The notes under the pieces are model-generated. The model was given only the letters and a program-made list of their open reading frames with translations. It made no database searches and had not been told where the DNA came from. DNA of 63,945 nucleotides, counting the filler, from Olpidium bornovanus S191 (lineage: Eukaryota; Fungi; Olpidiomycota), in NCBI GenBank assembly GCA_017911155.1. It is 30 parts of 30 records of this genome, joined end to end, with 100 filler letters (N's around TTAATTAATTAA, not from the genome) between each part and the next. Parts side by side here need not be neighbours in the genome. Positions count along the whole stretch, not along the records: positions 36,891 to 38,619 come from JAEFCI010001455.1; positions 38,720 to 39,779 come from JAEFCI010001812.1; positions 39,880 to 43,631 come from JAEFCI010011023.1; positions 43,732 to 45,198 come from JAEFCI010011568.1; positions 45,299 to 47,047 come from JAEFCI010005606.1; positions 47,148 to 50,785 come from JAEFCI010003703.1; 24 more parts are not named here. One strand, 5' to 3'. The position numbers were made by a program, and so were the translations under genes. The number at the start of each line of letters is the position of its first letter. Position 1 is the stretch's first letter. Below, piece by piece: positions 36,891-47,512 of the stretch.

Positions 36891-37395
36891 CCTTCCGGGC
36901 CATGGCGGCTTCGTTTTCGTACTGTCCACGCTCGTATTGCGGCGTCCTGAGCGGGCGTTGGTGGTCGTGTGAAAGTGGCACGTCAACTGCGTCATGATCG
37001 TTGACGAGTTGTTTGCGAGGTCGACCTTGGCGAGGAGCGAAGACAGACTGGGTATCCCCTTGGTCACGCGTGGCGCTCGGCGTTTCTCCAGTTGGGAAAC
37101 GGCCAGGAAAGGGGGCACCTTGTGATATAAGAAGCGCCGCAGGCGTGGTAATTGGCGCATCAGTTGTTGTTCCAAATGAGATCGGGAGGGCCGAAGCGGC
37201 GCTCTCGGAGAGCGAGGCACGGGACAGCTGCTCTGTGACGATGGCGGCCTGCTGCTCTGAGAGGTGCTGCCACGACCTGGAACGCGTGTTCCTCTTGAAT
37301 GTCTCGTCGAGAAGTGACGGCACGAGTTGGCCGCCAGGCGGCGCTGCGGTGGCGCCTTTTCTCTTCATGACTTTGCTCTTGTCCGTCGCGTGCAT
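36891..37395 (-). CDS. Hypothetical ORF, possibly transposon-associated, 3'-truncated
   Basis: 168 codons from ATG to the contig edge, with basic MKRKG and an AT-hook-like GRPRK. No family recognised. Confidence 0.3.
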
Positions 37396-37429
37396 GTACG
37401 CAAGTCCTCTCCTGTGGCGTCGACGGCGG

Positions 37430-37900
37430 TGCGCGGCGGCGCTCGGCGCGGTGGTGGGCGCGCGGCGGAGGGCGCGCGGCGGTTGCGCGGCGGAGGCGGA
37501 GGGCGCGCGGCGGTTGCGCGGCGGAGGGCGCGCGGCGGTTGCGCGGCGATGGCGGCGGCGGCGCGCGCAGCTGGTGCGCGGCGAAGGGCGCGCAGCGGCT
37601 GCGCGGCGATGGCGGCGGGCGACGGTTGCGCGGCGGAGGGCGCGCGGCGGGTGCGCGGCGATGGCGGCGGCGGCGCGCGCAGCTGGTGCGCGGCGAAGGG
37701 CGCGCTGTGGCTGCGCGGCGATGGCGGCGGGCGACGGTTGCGCGGCGGAGGGCGCGCGGCGGGTGCGCGGCGATGGCGGCGGCGGCGCGCGCAGCTGGTG
37801 CGCGGCGAAGGGCGCGCTGCGGCTGCGCGGCGATGGCGGCGGGCGACGGTTGCGCGGCGGAGGGCGCGCAGCGGCTGCGTGGTGATGGCGGCGGGCGATT
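37430..37900. repeat. Very GC-rich minisatellite, 3 x 112-bp higher-order units plus partial flanks
   Basis: GAGGGCGCGC unit starts at 37524, 37636, 37748 and 37860 (exact 112-bp period). Built from TGCGCGGCG-containing monomers. Confidence 0.92.
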
Positions 37901-38235
37901 GCGGTCTGTGCTGCGAGCTTTGCCGTCAGGTCCGGCTTGGGCTCATAACCTGTCTCGAAGGTTTGTTTGAAAAAGAGCGGACCGGGGGGGGGCCCCTTGT
38001 TGTTTCTTCCGGCAGGACGCTCATCGTCCTTTTATGAACGCAGTCGTTGCTCTGGTCGCCCCCTTGGTGGGGCGGCGGCGTAGCTCCTCAGTTGGCAAGC
38101 TTCCGTCCATGCTTCCGTGCCGCCCCCCTCCTTGTTCGATGCCCTTCGGCATCCTTCGGGGGGGGGCTCTAGCTTATTTTTGCCCTTTGCCCCGGAAGTG
38201 CGCCACAATTTTTCTCAGCAACTCTCGCCCAACGG

Positions 38236-38540
38236 ACCCGCCCGGCTGTCGGGGCTCACGCGAACCCCCCCCTTTTTGCGTGGAATGAGGACCGTTGAAC
38301 CCGCAACGTCAGCGGTCGGAGCTCACGCGAACTCCCCTTTTTTCGGGACCGAACGAGAATCTTTGGACCCGCCACGTCAGCGGTCGGAGCTCAGCTCCCC
38401 TTCCCGACCATGAACCATTGGACCCGCCGACGAAGGCGGTCGGAGCTCACGTGAACTCCCTCCCCTTCCTCCTCACCGACCACGAACCGTCGGACCAGTC
38501 GACGAAGGCTGTCGGAGCTCACGCGAATACCCCTTTCTCC
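38236..38540 (+). repeat. Five ~56-72-bp repeats with core GC(G/T)GTCGGAGCTCACGCGAAC
   Basis: Cores at about 38245, 38312, 38380, 38436 and 38508, with partly conserved linkers. Confidence 0.85.
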
Positions 38541-38719
38541 GCACCGAACATGGTCGAACCCGCCGCGGCGGCGGCTTGCGCTTTTTGGCTTGCGCTTACG
38601 GCCCGCATGTCCGTCTTCCNNNNNNNNNNNNNNNNNNNNNNNNNNNNNNNNNNNNNNNNNNNNTTAATTAATTAANNNNNNNNNNNNNNNNNNNNNNNNN
38701 NNNNNNNNNNNNNNNNNNN

Positions 38720-39779
38720 AACTACACAAACTGAGGGCAGCGGCCCTCTGACCAAGCCCAAGTATCAACAAAATTCATCACCTTCCACCTTGATCGGCAA
38801 TGTCTTGATGGGTTTGGTGCTTGCGGCGTTCGAATTCATGCTGCCGGTGATCATGCCCAGCAGGCCCGCCGTCGGATGCCATGTCTTGAGCGTCCCCTCT
38901 TCAAATGAGCAGGTTACCACGTTGCGACCATCAGGCGAGAACGCAACTGCCGTGACAGGCTTGACATGGCCTTCGATAACGTGCCACCGAGTCGCGGTGC
39001 GCAGGTCGTAAAGCACCGTCGCCCCCTCCATCGTGCCTACAGCCAGCCGCTGGGCGCCGCCGTGAAACGCGACCGGGGGGTAGCTGGACGACGACCCCGG
39101 GAGGCGGGGTGGGTGGGATGGGAGGGATTAGAAGACGGGTTTTGGCAGGCGTCATCATAAAAAGAGCGCTACCGGCTGTTCGCGATTGGCGGCGCTTACA
39201 ACTTGACAAGGTCATGCAAAGTCGCAGTTGCGGTTTTAAGGATGGCCTGGCGCATCTGGTGGACGTTTGGATCAAGGGCCTTCACCCCCCCCTCCACAAT
39301 TTTCGGCAGCAGCGGATAAAGCGCACTTCGGTTCTGTATATTTTACGGGCAAGGGCAACAGAACCATGTCTGGCTCAACTTGTAGTAAACGACGTCGTGC
39401 ACGAACGGGAGTAGAGCAGTCAGCCGGAACTCAATGGACGCACTGACCTTGTAGATAAAGTACGAGATCACCTTCAGAATCGCCGTCTTCTCCGCCGCCG
39501 ACTTGGAATGCACCAGGTCGTACGTGATGGTCGTGACAAAGAGCAGCGTGTTCACAGTCCCGATCTGGACGAGAGCGCGCTGGGCGCTTTTGACCTGGAC
39601 AGGGCTAGACGACGAATTGCTCGAAAGTGCCAGGAGTGTTCGCACAACGGCCGCGGCGTTAAAGTGCGGCTCCCAGGTGGCGAATCCCTTGGCGCACAGC
39701 TCCATCGCCGCGAGCTGGTACGACGTCCGGTGATTCTCGTTTAGGAGTAGCGTCAGAGATAGTGCGACGTTCTTGCATG
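38720..39779 (-). CDS. WDR7: WDR7/rabconnectin-3beta-like WD40 protein, C-terminal fragment
   Basis: MELCAKGFATWEPHF...QIGTVNTLLFVTTITYD..., LPKIVEGGVKALDPN...RQAILKTATATLHDLVKL|YPRVAFHGGAQRLAVGTMEGATVLYDLRTATRWHVIEGHVKPVTAVAFSPDGR. Confidence 0.78.
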
Positions 39780-41793
39780 NNNNNNNNNNNNNNNNNNNNN
39801 NNNNNNNNNNNNNNNNNNNNNNNTTAATTAATTAANNNNNNNNNNNNNNNNNNNNNNNNNNNNNNNNNNNNNNNNNNNNCTACTCGACGAAAAGATCCGG
39901 AGATGACAGCTGAACGACGAAAAAGTGCCAGAAAACTTAATGGTTCAGATGTGAAAAGCAGGTGAGAAAAAGACCATCGGCCGGCCATTAATGGACCATG
40001 ATGGGAAGCGACCCAAATTGGGTCATCATCAACGCTCGCCGGGCGACGGGCAGTCCCAGAAATCGAAACTCGAAAGCGAGTTGGTCACGAATTTCGTGCA
40101 GAGTCGTCGGCGGTAGGCGCCGGGAGATACAGGGAACACCGAGAGCCCGGACGAGGGCGGGCACCGGTGGCGAACGGTTGGGACGGGGCATGGCTCGTGA
40201 AGTCGAAAGATAAGCACCCCAGGCGAAGTGCGCATGCACGAGCCGGGGTGGCGGATCACGTTTTCACGTGACCGTTTTGTGAGTGTGTCGCGTGCTGATG
40301 TGCTGTGTGCAACTTGCGCGTGGGGGAAATACTGCGCGAGAATCCGTGAAACAGCTTACACTTTCTTCATCTGACTGTCTCAACTGTCGCATGTTCTGTG
40401 CCTGCGTCACCGACAGCCGGTCGGCACTGTGGGCGTAACCAGCTTGCCCCTCACGCGCACTACCACCGGCAGCTTTATATTCTGCCCCATAGGACGTGGT
40501 AGGCAGTTCGACGTGTGCCTTCCAAAGCCGCTACCGGGAAAGATGAGTGAAACTGCTTCTGCTATTTCCGTCCTTCCATGTCGCCTGCCCAGTCGGAGTC
40601 CGTATGGCCTCCTTGGGCAGTTTTGGCGCAAACTCTGCCCGAGTCTGAATTGCGGCATCAGAATGCCACAACCGCTTTTGATAGTGTTGACATCAGCGGA
40701 TCTCCCACGTGGTACCCATGTGAGAACGCAGATCGCTGGTGTTGAACTGCAACTGACTGAAACAGAGGCAATGTGCATGTGGTGGGAGCAATGAGCCTCA
40801 GGTAAAACGTTCAGGATTAGCCCGTTATTCATCATCCTGCCTTGGCGAAAGGCACATCAGCATGTTCTTGAGGTTCGCTTACTTTCTCCCAAAAACACCG
40901 AGTTAGTTGGGTTGAGGAGTGCTGTTGGTCGAGGGTAATGCCATGTTCACAGCAGGTGACAAGGGTTTCGAGCGGAAAGGCTGGGCGGGGTTCAACCTGA
41001 CGGTTTCAAACTGCACGCGCAGCGCTTCTTGTTCACCTTGCTTGTCGTCATTATCCGGCCTATCAAAACGTCGCCCTACTTACAATACCGAGGTCGCGGT
41101 CCGAAACCGCGGGCGGCAGAAGCGCGTCGAACACGGGCGCGGGCAGGCAGAAACAGGTTATGACGCAGGGCGGGGACGGCCGCAGGTCGTTGTAGCAGAG
41201 GGCGAGCGACGGCACCCGCGCTGGCCAATGGTTGCGCGGGCCGCGAGAGATGCACGCCAGGGGCCCGACGACGGAAGCGGCGGCACATGCGCGTCATAAA
41301 CACCTGCCGCACGCCGCTGGGGGGCCGAAGGCCGCGCACGTGATGCACGGGTGGGAATCTGGCGCTTCGCAGGGAGGGGCCCAGCAGCCCATGGCTCCAA
41401 CTGGAGTCCACCGTCCGTCGTGGGAGGGGAACAGCCAATTTGAACCTCGGCCTGTCAAGCCCCCATTGGTTCCGCAGGTGGACGGGAAGCCGGTTCGGCT
41501 CCAAGAAGGGGCAGAAACCTGTGCAGGAGGCTGCGCCCGGTCGCCTAGAGGGCGCCGCTGGGGTCAAGGGCGAACGAGCTTCTCGTCCACAGGAGCCCGG
41601 GGCGCCGTGCGACAATGCGGGCGGCCTTGCGTGGGGGATGGTATCTCGAAAGGCGGTTTCTGTTCCGTTCCTTCCCCCCCCCCCTTTTTTTCCGCCCCTC
41701 CCCTGACATCAGCAATGCCTGCCCTCCCGCCTGAGCATCGTGCAGGCGGACGACGAACAGCGTTGGCGGAGAAACTTTGAGCGCCGCGGCCCC

Positions 41794-43604
41794 ATGGAGT
41801 ACGCCAACAAGGTGAAAAACAATGTCGCGCGCTAGACCACCGGCGAGCTTGGGTGAGCGCGCTGCGAGGGCAACGAGAGACCCCGGGCGGTTTCGGCCCG
41901 CTGCCAGACCGGGGAGACAAAACCCCGCCCCGTGGAAGTGCCCTGCTGCGCCTTGCGCCCCTCGCGGCTACAAACCGATCGCTTCTCCTGAATCGCTGGG
42001 TCCAAAGTATCCTCAACCGAACATAACAACACGACGATCGCTACGCGTCAAGGCCGGCGAACCAATGTGTTTCTTTTTTCTGTTTTAACCTGGACCTTGG
42101 CGTTCGTTTAGGTCATATTGGCCCCGATGGTGCGGGTAGGCACCTTGCCCATGCGGCTTGCCGCTCTCGAAAACGGCGCAGGTGGGTATCGTGGAAGCGC
42201 TGTGGTAATAGAGGGCGATTTTACGTTTCTGTGCTTGGCTAAGACTATTCACTCTTGCACCGGCTGTTCGCTTTCCAACGGTAGACCTGGTGTTCACACC
42301 CGAGATTGTCGACAAGCGGTGAGGATTTCTCGTGTTCTGCAGAGAACTTGCCACGCCTCGTTCAGTTGTTTCTTGCTCACTCTCTGTCGTCAATCAGGAT
42401 CATCGGTTCTAAAAGAGTCGTCAATGGTAAGCGAAGACATAGTCGAAGCTGGTGGTAATCCGGACTCTGAGGGCTGCTGAGCAAAAGGATGTGTCCACTG
42501 CGTGCAGAGGAGTTCGGGACCGTTGACTACGTGAAGGGCGACACCCTGAACTTCAGGACGCACCCGGGCCTGGAGAAAGGCCGCCTGATTTTCCAGATTG
42601 GCACCGCAGACGCAGAACTGGCCGTCCAGGCCGCCCTCACAGTGTAGAGTATTCTCCGGAAGGGCCACGCAGCACTTGTCGCAGCTTCAGTGAAATTGAC
42701 GCAGCTCCCCTTTCTGCCCCCGTCTCCCCGCGTCCTGGCCAGCGCACAGGACGTGGACGGCGTGGGTGTCTCCGTTCACGCGTGCTGTTTTTTTGTTCTG
42801 ATTCCTGGCTTTCACGTGACCCTGGCGAACGGGGAAGCTGATGGATTTTCGTTTGCGCAGATTGACGTCAATTGCGGGTGCCCGAAGAAATTTTCGGTGC
42901 ACGCCGGGATGGGAGCCGCTCTGCTTACCGACCAGGATCGATTGAGGAAGGTAAGGAGGCGAACTTTTACAGGTTGACCGGTCAAGCAGGACCTTTCCGG
43001 CTGACGGCCGTGTGCTTTGCCGGTTCCGCAAGATTCTCACGGCGCTCGTGGAGAGGAGCGGACTTCCTGTGACATGCAAGATTAGGCGAGTGCGCTCTGC
43101 AGCTCGGGGAATCACGACGGTGGGTAGAGCGAGCACAACACGCCCGCTGACGCACGTCCCCCGACGCCCGGCCCGTCACCAGAATTCTCGATTCCCTCGA
43201 GGACACCATTGCCCTTTGCAAGATGGTGGAAGCGACGGGAATTAAAGCCCTTACCGTTCACTGCAGGTGAGGGGCGTTCAGGTGTCAACGGGCGTGTCCC
43301 GCGGCGCGCGCGCTCACGAACCGTGCATCGCGTGTACTCACGCCGACCGGGGTCGTCCAGAACAAGAGACGAACGTCCCACGCACCGGGCGCACTGGGAC
43401 GTGCTCCGGGAAATTGCGGGCGCCGTGTCGATACCCGTAGTGGCCAACGGCGACGTGTTTGCGTTCGAGGACATCGCGCGAATCAAGGAGGTCGGCGGCG
43501 TCAGCTCTGTCATGATCGCCCGCGGCGCCCAGTGGAACCCCTCGGTCTTCCGAAAGCAGGGCCTTCTTCCCAACGCCGACGCGATCAAGCAATACCTCCG
43601 CAAG
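41794..43604 (+). CDS. DUS2: tRNA-dihydrouridine(20) synthase Dus2/Smm1, 3'-truncated
   Basis: MEYANK|VILAPMVRVGTLPMRLAALENGA|DLVFTPEIVDKR|IIGSKRVVN|...GRLIFQIGTADAELAVQAA...|IDVNCGCPKKFSVHAGMGAALL|...VTCKIR|...ALTVHCR|TRDERP...VVANGDV...MIARGAQWNPSVF. Confidence 0.97.
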
Positions 43605-45045
43605 GTGAGGTTGGAAATGCTGAGGGGAGAGNNNNNNNNNNNNNNNNNNNNNNNNNNNNNNNNNNNNNNNNNNNNTTAATTAATTAANNNNNNNNNNNNN
43701 NNNNNNNNNNNNNNNNNNNNNNNNNNNNNNNCATGATGCCCTTGTTCCCGGCGTGAACTGCTGTGACCCCCATATTTTTTCCTGGCACTGGAAGCTGGCC
43801 TTGGCATAGGGGTGTTGGTTTCCTGTGCTAGGGTCCTCGCGGACCTGGAAAACGCGCCAGAAAGAGAGCGCTGGCGAGTGTATTTTGACCAAGGAACACC
43901 ATTCAAGTCGTTGCGTTTCCCATATTAAATAGCAAAAATTAGATTTTAAAACAGGCATATGCGTGAAAACATATTGCATAGAATAATAAATGAAAGCGTT
44001 GTCTCTACTTTGCTGGTTTCTAGGATTGAAGTACAGTGTTGGCGTGAAAATTCGGCGCCCGAAGAAGCCGATTTGGGCTCGCCGTTCGCGTGCGCCGGAT
44101 TGTCGGCTTGACGCAGACGCCAGAGCAACAGGAGTTGCCCCTGGCGAGTAGCGTGTTGCCCGCGGCTAGAGGCTTTGATAACCCTGCCTTATGTCAGGGT
44201 CGGCAAGCCGATCGGCGTGGTGTTGCACCTTGTTATCTGGGGACGGGCACCCAGACCGATCTGACAGCAGCAATCATCAATACGGCAGACGATCCGCTGC
44301 CGGATGTCCGGAGAAACAACAGATCCCGCTGCTCAACAGGCCGATAAATCGAGCCCAAATCCCAACCGGATTGTTCGTCCGGCTGGCACCCAGAAGCTTA
44401 CAGCGCAGGAAGAGTTCGTCGAGGGGTGGAGTGTGTTCCGCGGTTCGAGTGAGACGGGAGGGCGACCATTTTAACGAAAGACGCGCCGGAGGATGGGGGC
44501 CGATCCTTAAACTGCAGCAAGCCGAGGGCGAGGAGAGCGTCGGCGAGCGGGGGGGGGGGGGTTTCCGAAGCGCTGGCGAGCTGGATGCAGAAGTAAAATC
44601 ACAAGCAGGGCGAAAACACAAGCAGGGCGAAGGCGAGGGCTCTCTGTCTCCCCGGGAAAAGGGCTGGCGGTCACAATTTGCAGTTCCGTTTTCACGTGAG
44701 CGCGGCTTTTCTGGTTGGCGGAGGCAGCCAAACGGAGTCTTTTGTTGCACGTACGCTGCTGGCCCACGTCTTCTGCTGTCTGCCTCCTCGCTCTCTCTCA
44801 CACGCACGGGGGCCGTGCCAACGGGTGGTGGTGCCTTCCGCCAGCCGCGGGAAGGAGCGAGCGGAGGGACGAGGACGACGACTCACGCACCGCCGGAACG
44901 GCACCCTCCTCGCGACAGCGAAAAAAAAAAAAAAGGCGAGCGCGCGGGCAGCCTTCCATGGCCGTCGTCGCCGCTAGGACAACACGAAGCATGGCGCGCG
45001 CTGAAAGGACGGCCGCAGAGCGCGAAGCAGCCGACCTCCGCGCGC

Positions 45046-45078
<33 letters not shown>

Positions 45079-45139
45079 AGGAAATGGAGGGCTTGCACGC
45101 TCCGCCGCCCCAGGTTCGTTGCGCTCGCCCTTCCCCCCT

Positions 45140-45187
<48 letters not shown>

Positions 45188-45978
45188 CGCCCGCGCCCNN
45201 NNNNNNNNNNNNNNNNNNNNNNNNNNNNNNNNNNNNNNNNNNTTAATTAATTAANNNNNNNNNNNNNNNNNNNNNNNNNNNNNNNNNNNNNNNNNNNNGG
45301 GGGGGGCGCGTCGCGTCCCCGAGAAACAGCGCGCTGATGGGTTGAAATTCCCCCCGCTTGCCCGAAATACATGTGGGGGGCGTGGGGGAGCGGAGGAGAG
45401 CGCGGCGAAAACAGAGATGATACGGGGATAACCTGCCCATCCGAGGTCAAATTTGGGACAGAAAGTCGAAATGACTTTGCGAAATGACGTTTAAGGGAAT
45501 AAGGATGACTGCGGTAGACCCGAACCGCAATGAGAAGAGGAGGTGGAGTACGAGGAGGGCGGAGGAAGGGATAGAAAAACTTCTTCCAGAGGAGATATCG
45601 CGATTTCGAATCCGGTTTTCCTGAAAAAATCCGAACCCAAGCGGTTCGGGCATGCAGACTCCGCCCCTGTTCGGGCATCCCGTCGCCACTTTCCGACTCC
45701 ACATCCTGCTGCTACCCACCCCCGCCACTGCCCACACGCCGCCCGCCGCCGGCCGGTCACAGCCGGACACCACTGCCGCCACACGGACTCCCTTTACTGG
45801 GACCCCGTTGCCGCTTCAGCCTACGAGGCCGATGTACCAGATAACGATGGTAACGTGTCACCGGATTTTGCCGTTTGGATTTAAAACGTTGTGCTGTGCC
45901 GATGGCGCACATAATGTATTCGGGTTCTCTAGGTCCGACTTCGGCGCACTCATGGATCAATGATCCTTGACTTGGTTG

Positions 45979-47047
45979 TCATGACGAGTGCGAGCGTTCA
46001 GACTTCGCTCGGCGCTCCTTTTCGTAGTGCTTGCTGATCAAGAACGCCATATCAAGGCTCTGCTCGTAGTTCAGTCGCGGGTCGCAGTACGTCTGGTAAT
46101 TCAGGGACAGGTCGGAGTCTTGAAGATCCATGGAGCCCCCCAGACATTCTGACGGCACGGCGCGATAACAGGAAGTCAGCGCGGTGTGCAACGGCCCGTG
46201 ATACGGGTCGGCGGGGGCGAAAGATTTCACCCCATCGCACCTGTTACGGAGTCTCCCGTGAGCTCGAAATGAACGCCGCCCAGGTGGCTGCCGCACCGGT
46301 CATGGACTTCCATCGTTTTCGTGAGCTCGGCAACGATGTTCTGAAAATCGCGGGTTTTCAGCCCGCTCTTCGCAGATTCCGTACTGCCGCGCGGAAACAC
46401 GACGGCGAGAAGAGTGAGCAAAACCCGTTTGACGCCGCGAACTGAGCATTCGAGACAAACCCTCGGCATCACCTACTCACTTCCCGTGCATCGGATCGCA
46501 AGCCCAGACCACGATGTGGCCGGACCGCTGCACAGCGGCGATGTGATCGGGGAGGTGCTTCTCGACGTTATTGACGCCGTAGCGGGTAATCAGAGTGCAC
46601 TTTCCCACCTCCCTTTTCGGGTTCAACTTGTCGAGCAGCGGGCCCAGATCCTCCGCTCGCATGGTCGGCCCGCATTTGATGCCGATAGGGTTTTCGATGC
46701 CGCTGAAGTACTCGACATGCGCCCCGTCCAGCTCCCTGGTGCGGTCGCCGATCCAAAGAAAGTGGGTTCCGATATTGTACCAAGCCGACTCCCCGCTCCC
46801 GGTGCCGCTCGGCAGCAGCCGCGTCAGCGCCGACTCGTACTCGAGGTGGAGGCCCTCGTGGGACATGAACAGGTCCACGGATCTCAGGGTTTGGGCTTCG
46901 TAGCCGGAGTCTGCGCCGATCGTCTTCATGTAGTCCAAGGCGTCGACCAGGCGGTTGACGATGGATTGGTACTCCTCCTTCGTCGCGGTCGATCGCACGT
47001 GTCCCAAGTCCCACTCTGAAGGGTGGTGGAGGTCTGCGGCGGCGGGA
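45979..47047 (-). CDS. Class II DAHP synthase (3-deoxy-7-phosphoheptulonate synthase), 5'-truncated
   Basis: MSHEGLHLEYESALTR, HFLWIGDRTRELDGAHVEYF, NPIGIKCGP, LITRYG, VVWACDPMHG, KTRDF, GGVHFELTG and CDPRLNYEQSL are diagnostic class II motifs. Confidence 0.97.
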
Positions 47048-47190
47048 NNNNNNNNNNNNNNNNNNNNNNNNNNNNNNNNNNNNNNNNNNNNTTAATTAAT
47101 TAANNNNNNNNNNNNNNNNNNNNNNNNNNNNNNNNNNNNNNNNNNNNGGGGCCCCCCCCCGTGTGCCCCCCTTTTGGGGGGAGGGCCTTT

Positions 47191-47253
<63 letters not shown>

Positions 47254-47512
47254 CTGTTGCTATTCCGACGGTTTCCCTCCAATACAATGACCAGCAAATA
47301 GAAGGCGTTCCCGTCAACTCTCATCTGTTTCTAAAGCGGGTGACGAAGCAGCCGCTACTCTCGGGACCGTGTCCGCCGCCTCCTCCGCTCTGATGCCTTC
47401 GAGCTTTCGCCGCTGCTCCGCCGGATCAACAAAATTCCGGACGGCGATCAGACCCAGAGGCGACCGGAAACCCAAACGGTTACTTCGACTTTGACCCCCG
47501 CCAATGCCTCAC

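Noticed and set aside
37001-38037. Long Arg/Ala/Gly-rich ORFs
   Set aside because: They are translations of the 112-bp GC minisatellite, which is open in several frames only because it lacks stop codons.
38236-38540. Possible CRISPR array
   Set aside because: Eukaryotic context, no cas genes, degenerate repeats, and linkers similar to one another rather than unique spacers.
39880-41700. Several 70-180 aa ORFs upstream of DUS2 (and similar ones at 23278-24483, 32453-33815, 43732-45198, 58147-58945 and 63000-63945)
   Set aside because: They overlap in multiple frames, have no recognisable motifs and no consistent splice model. Such ORFs are expected by chance at this GC content.
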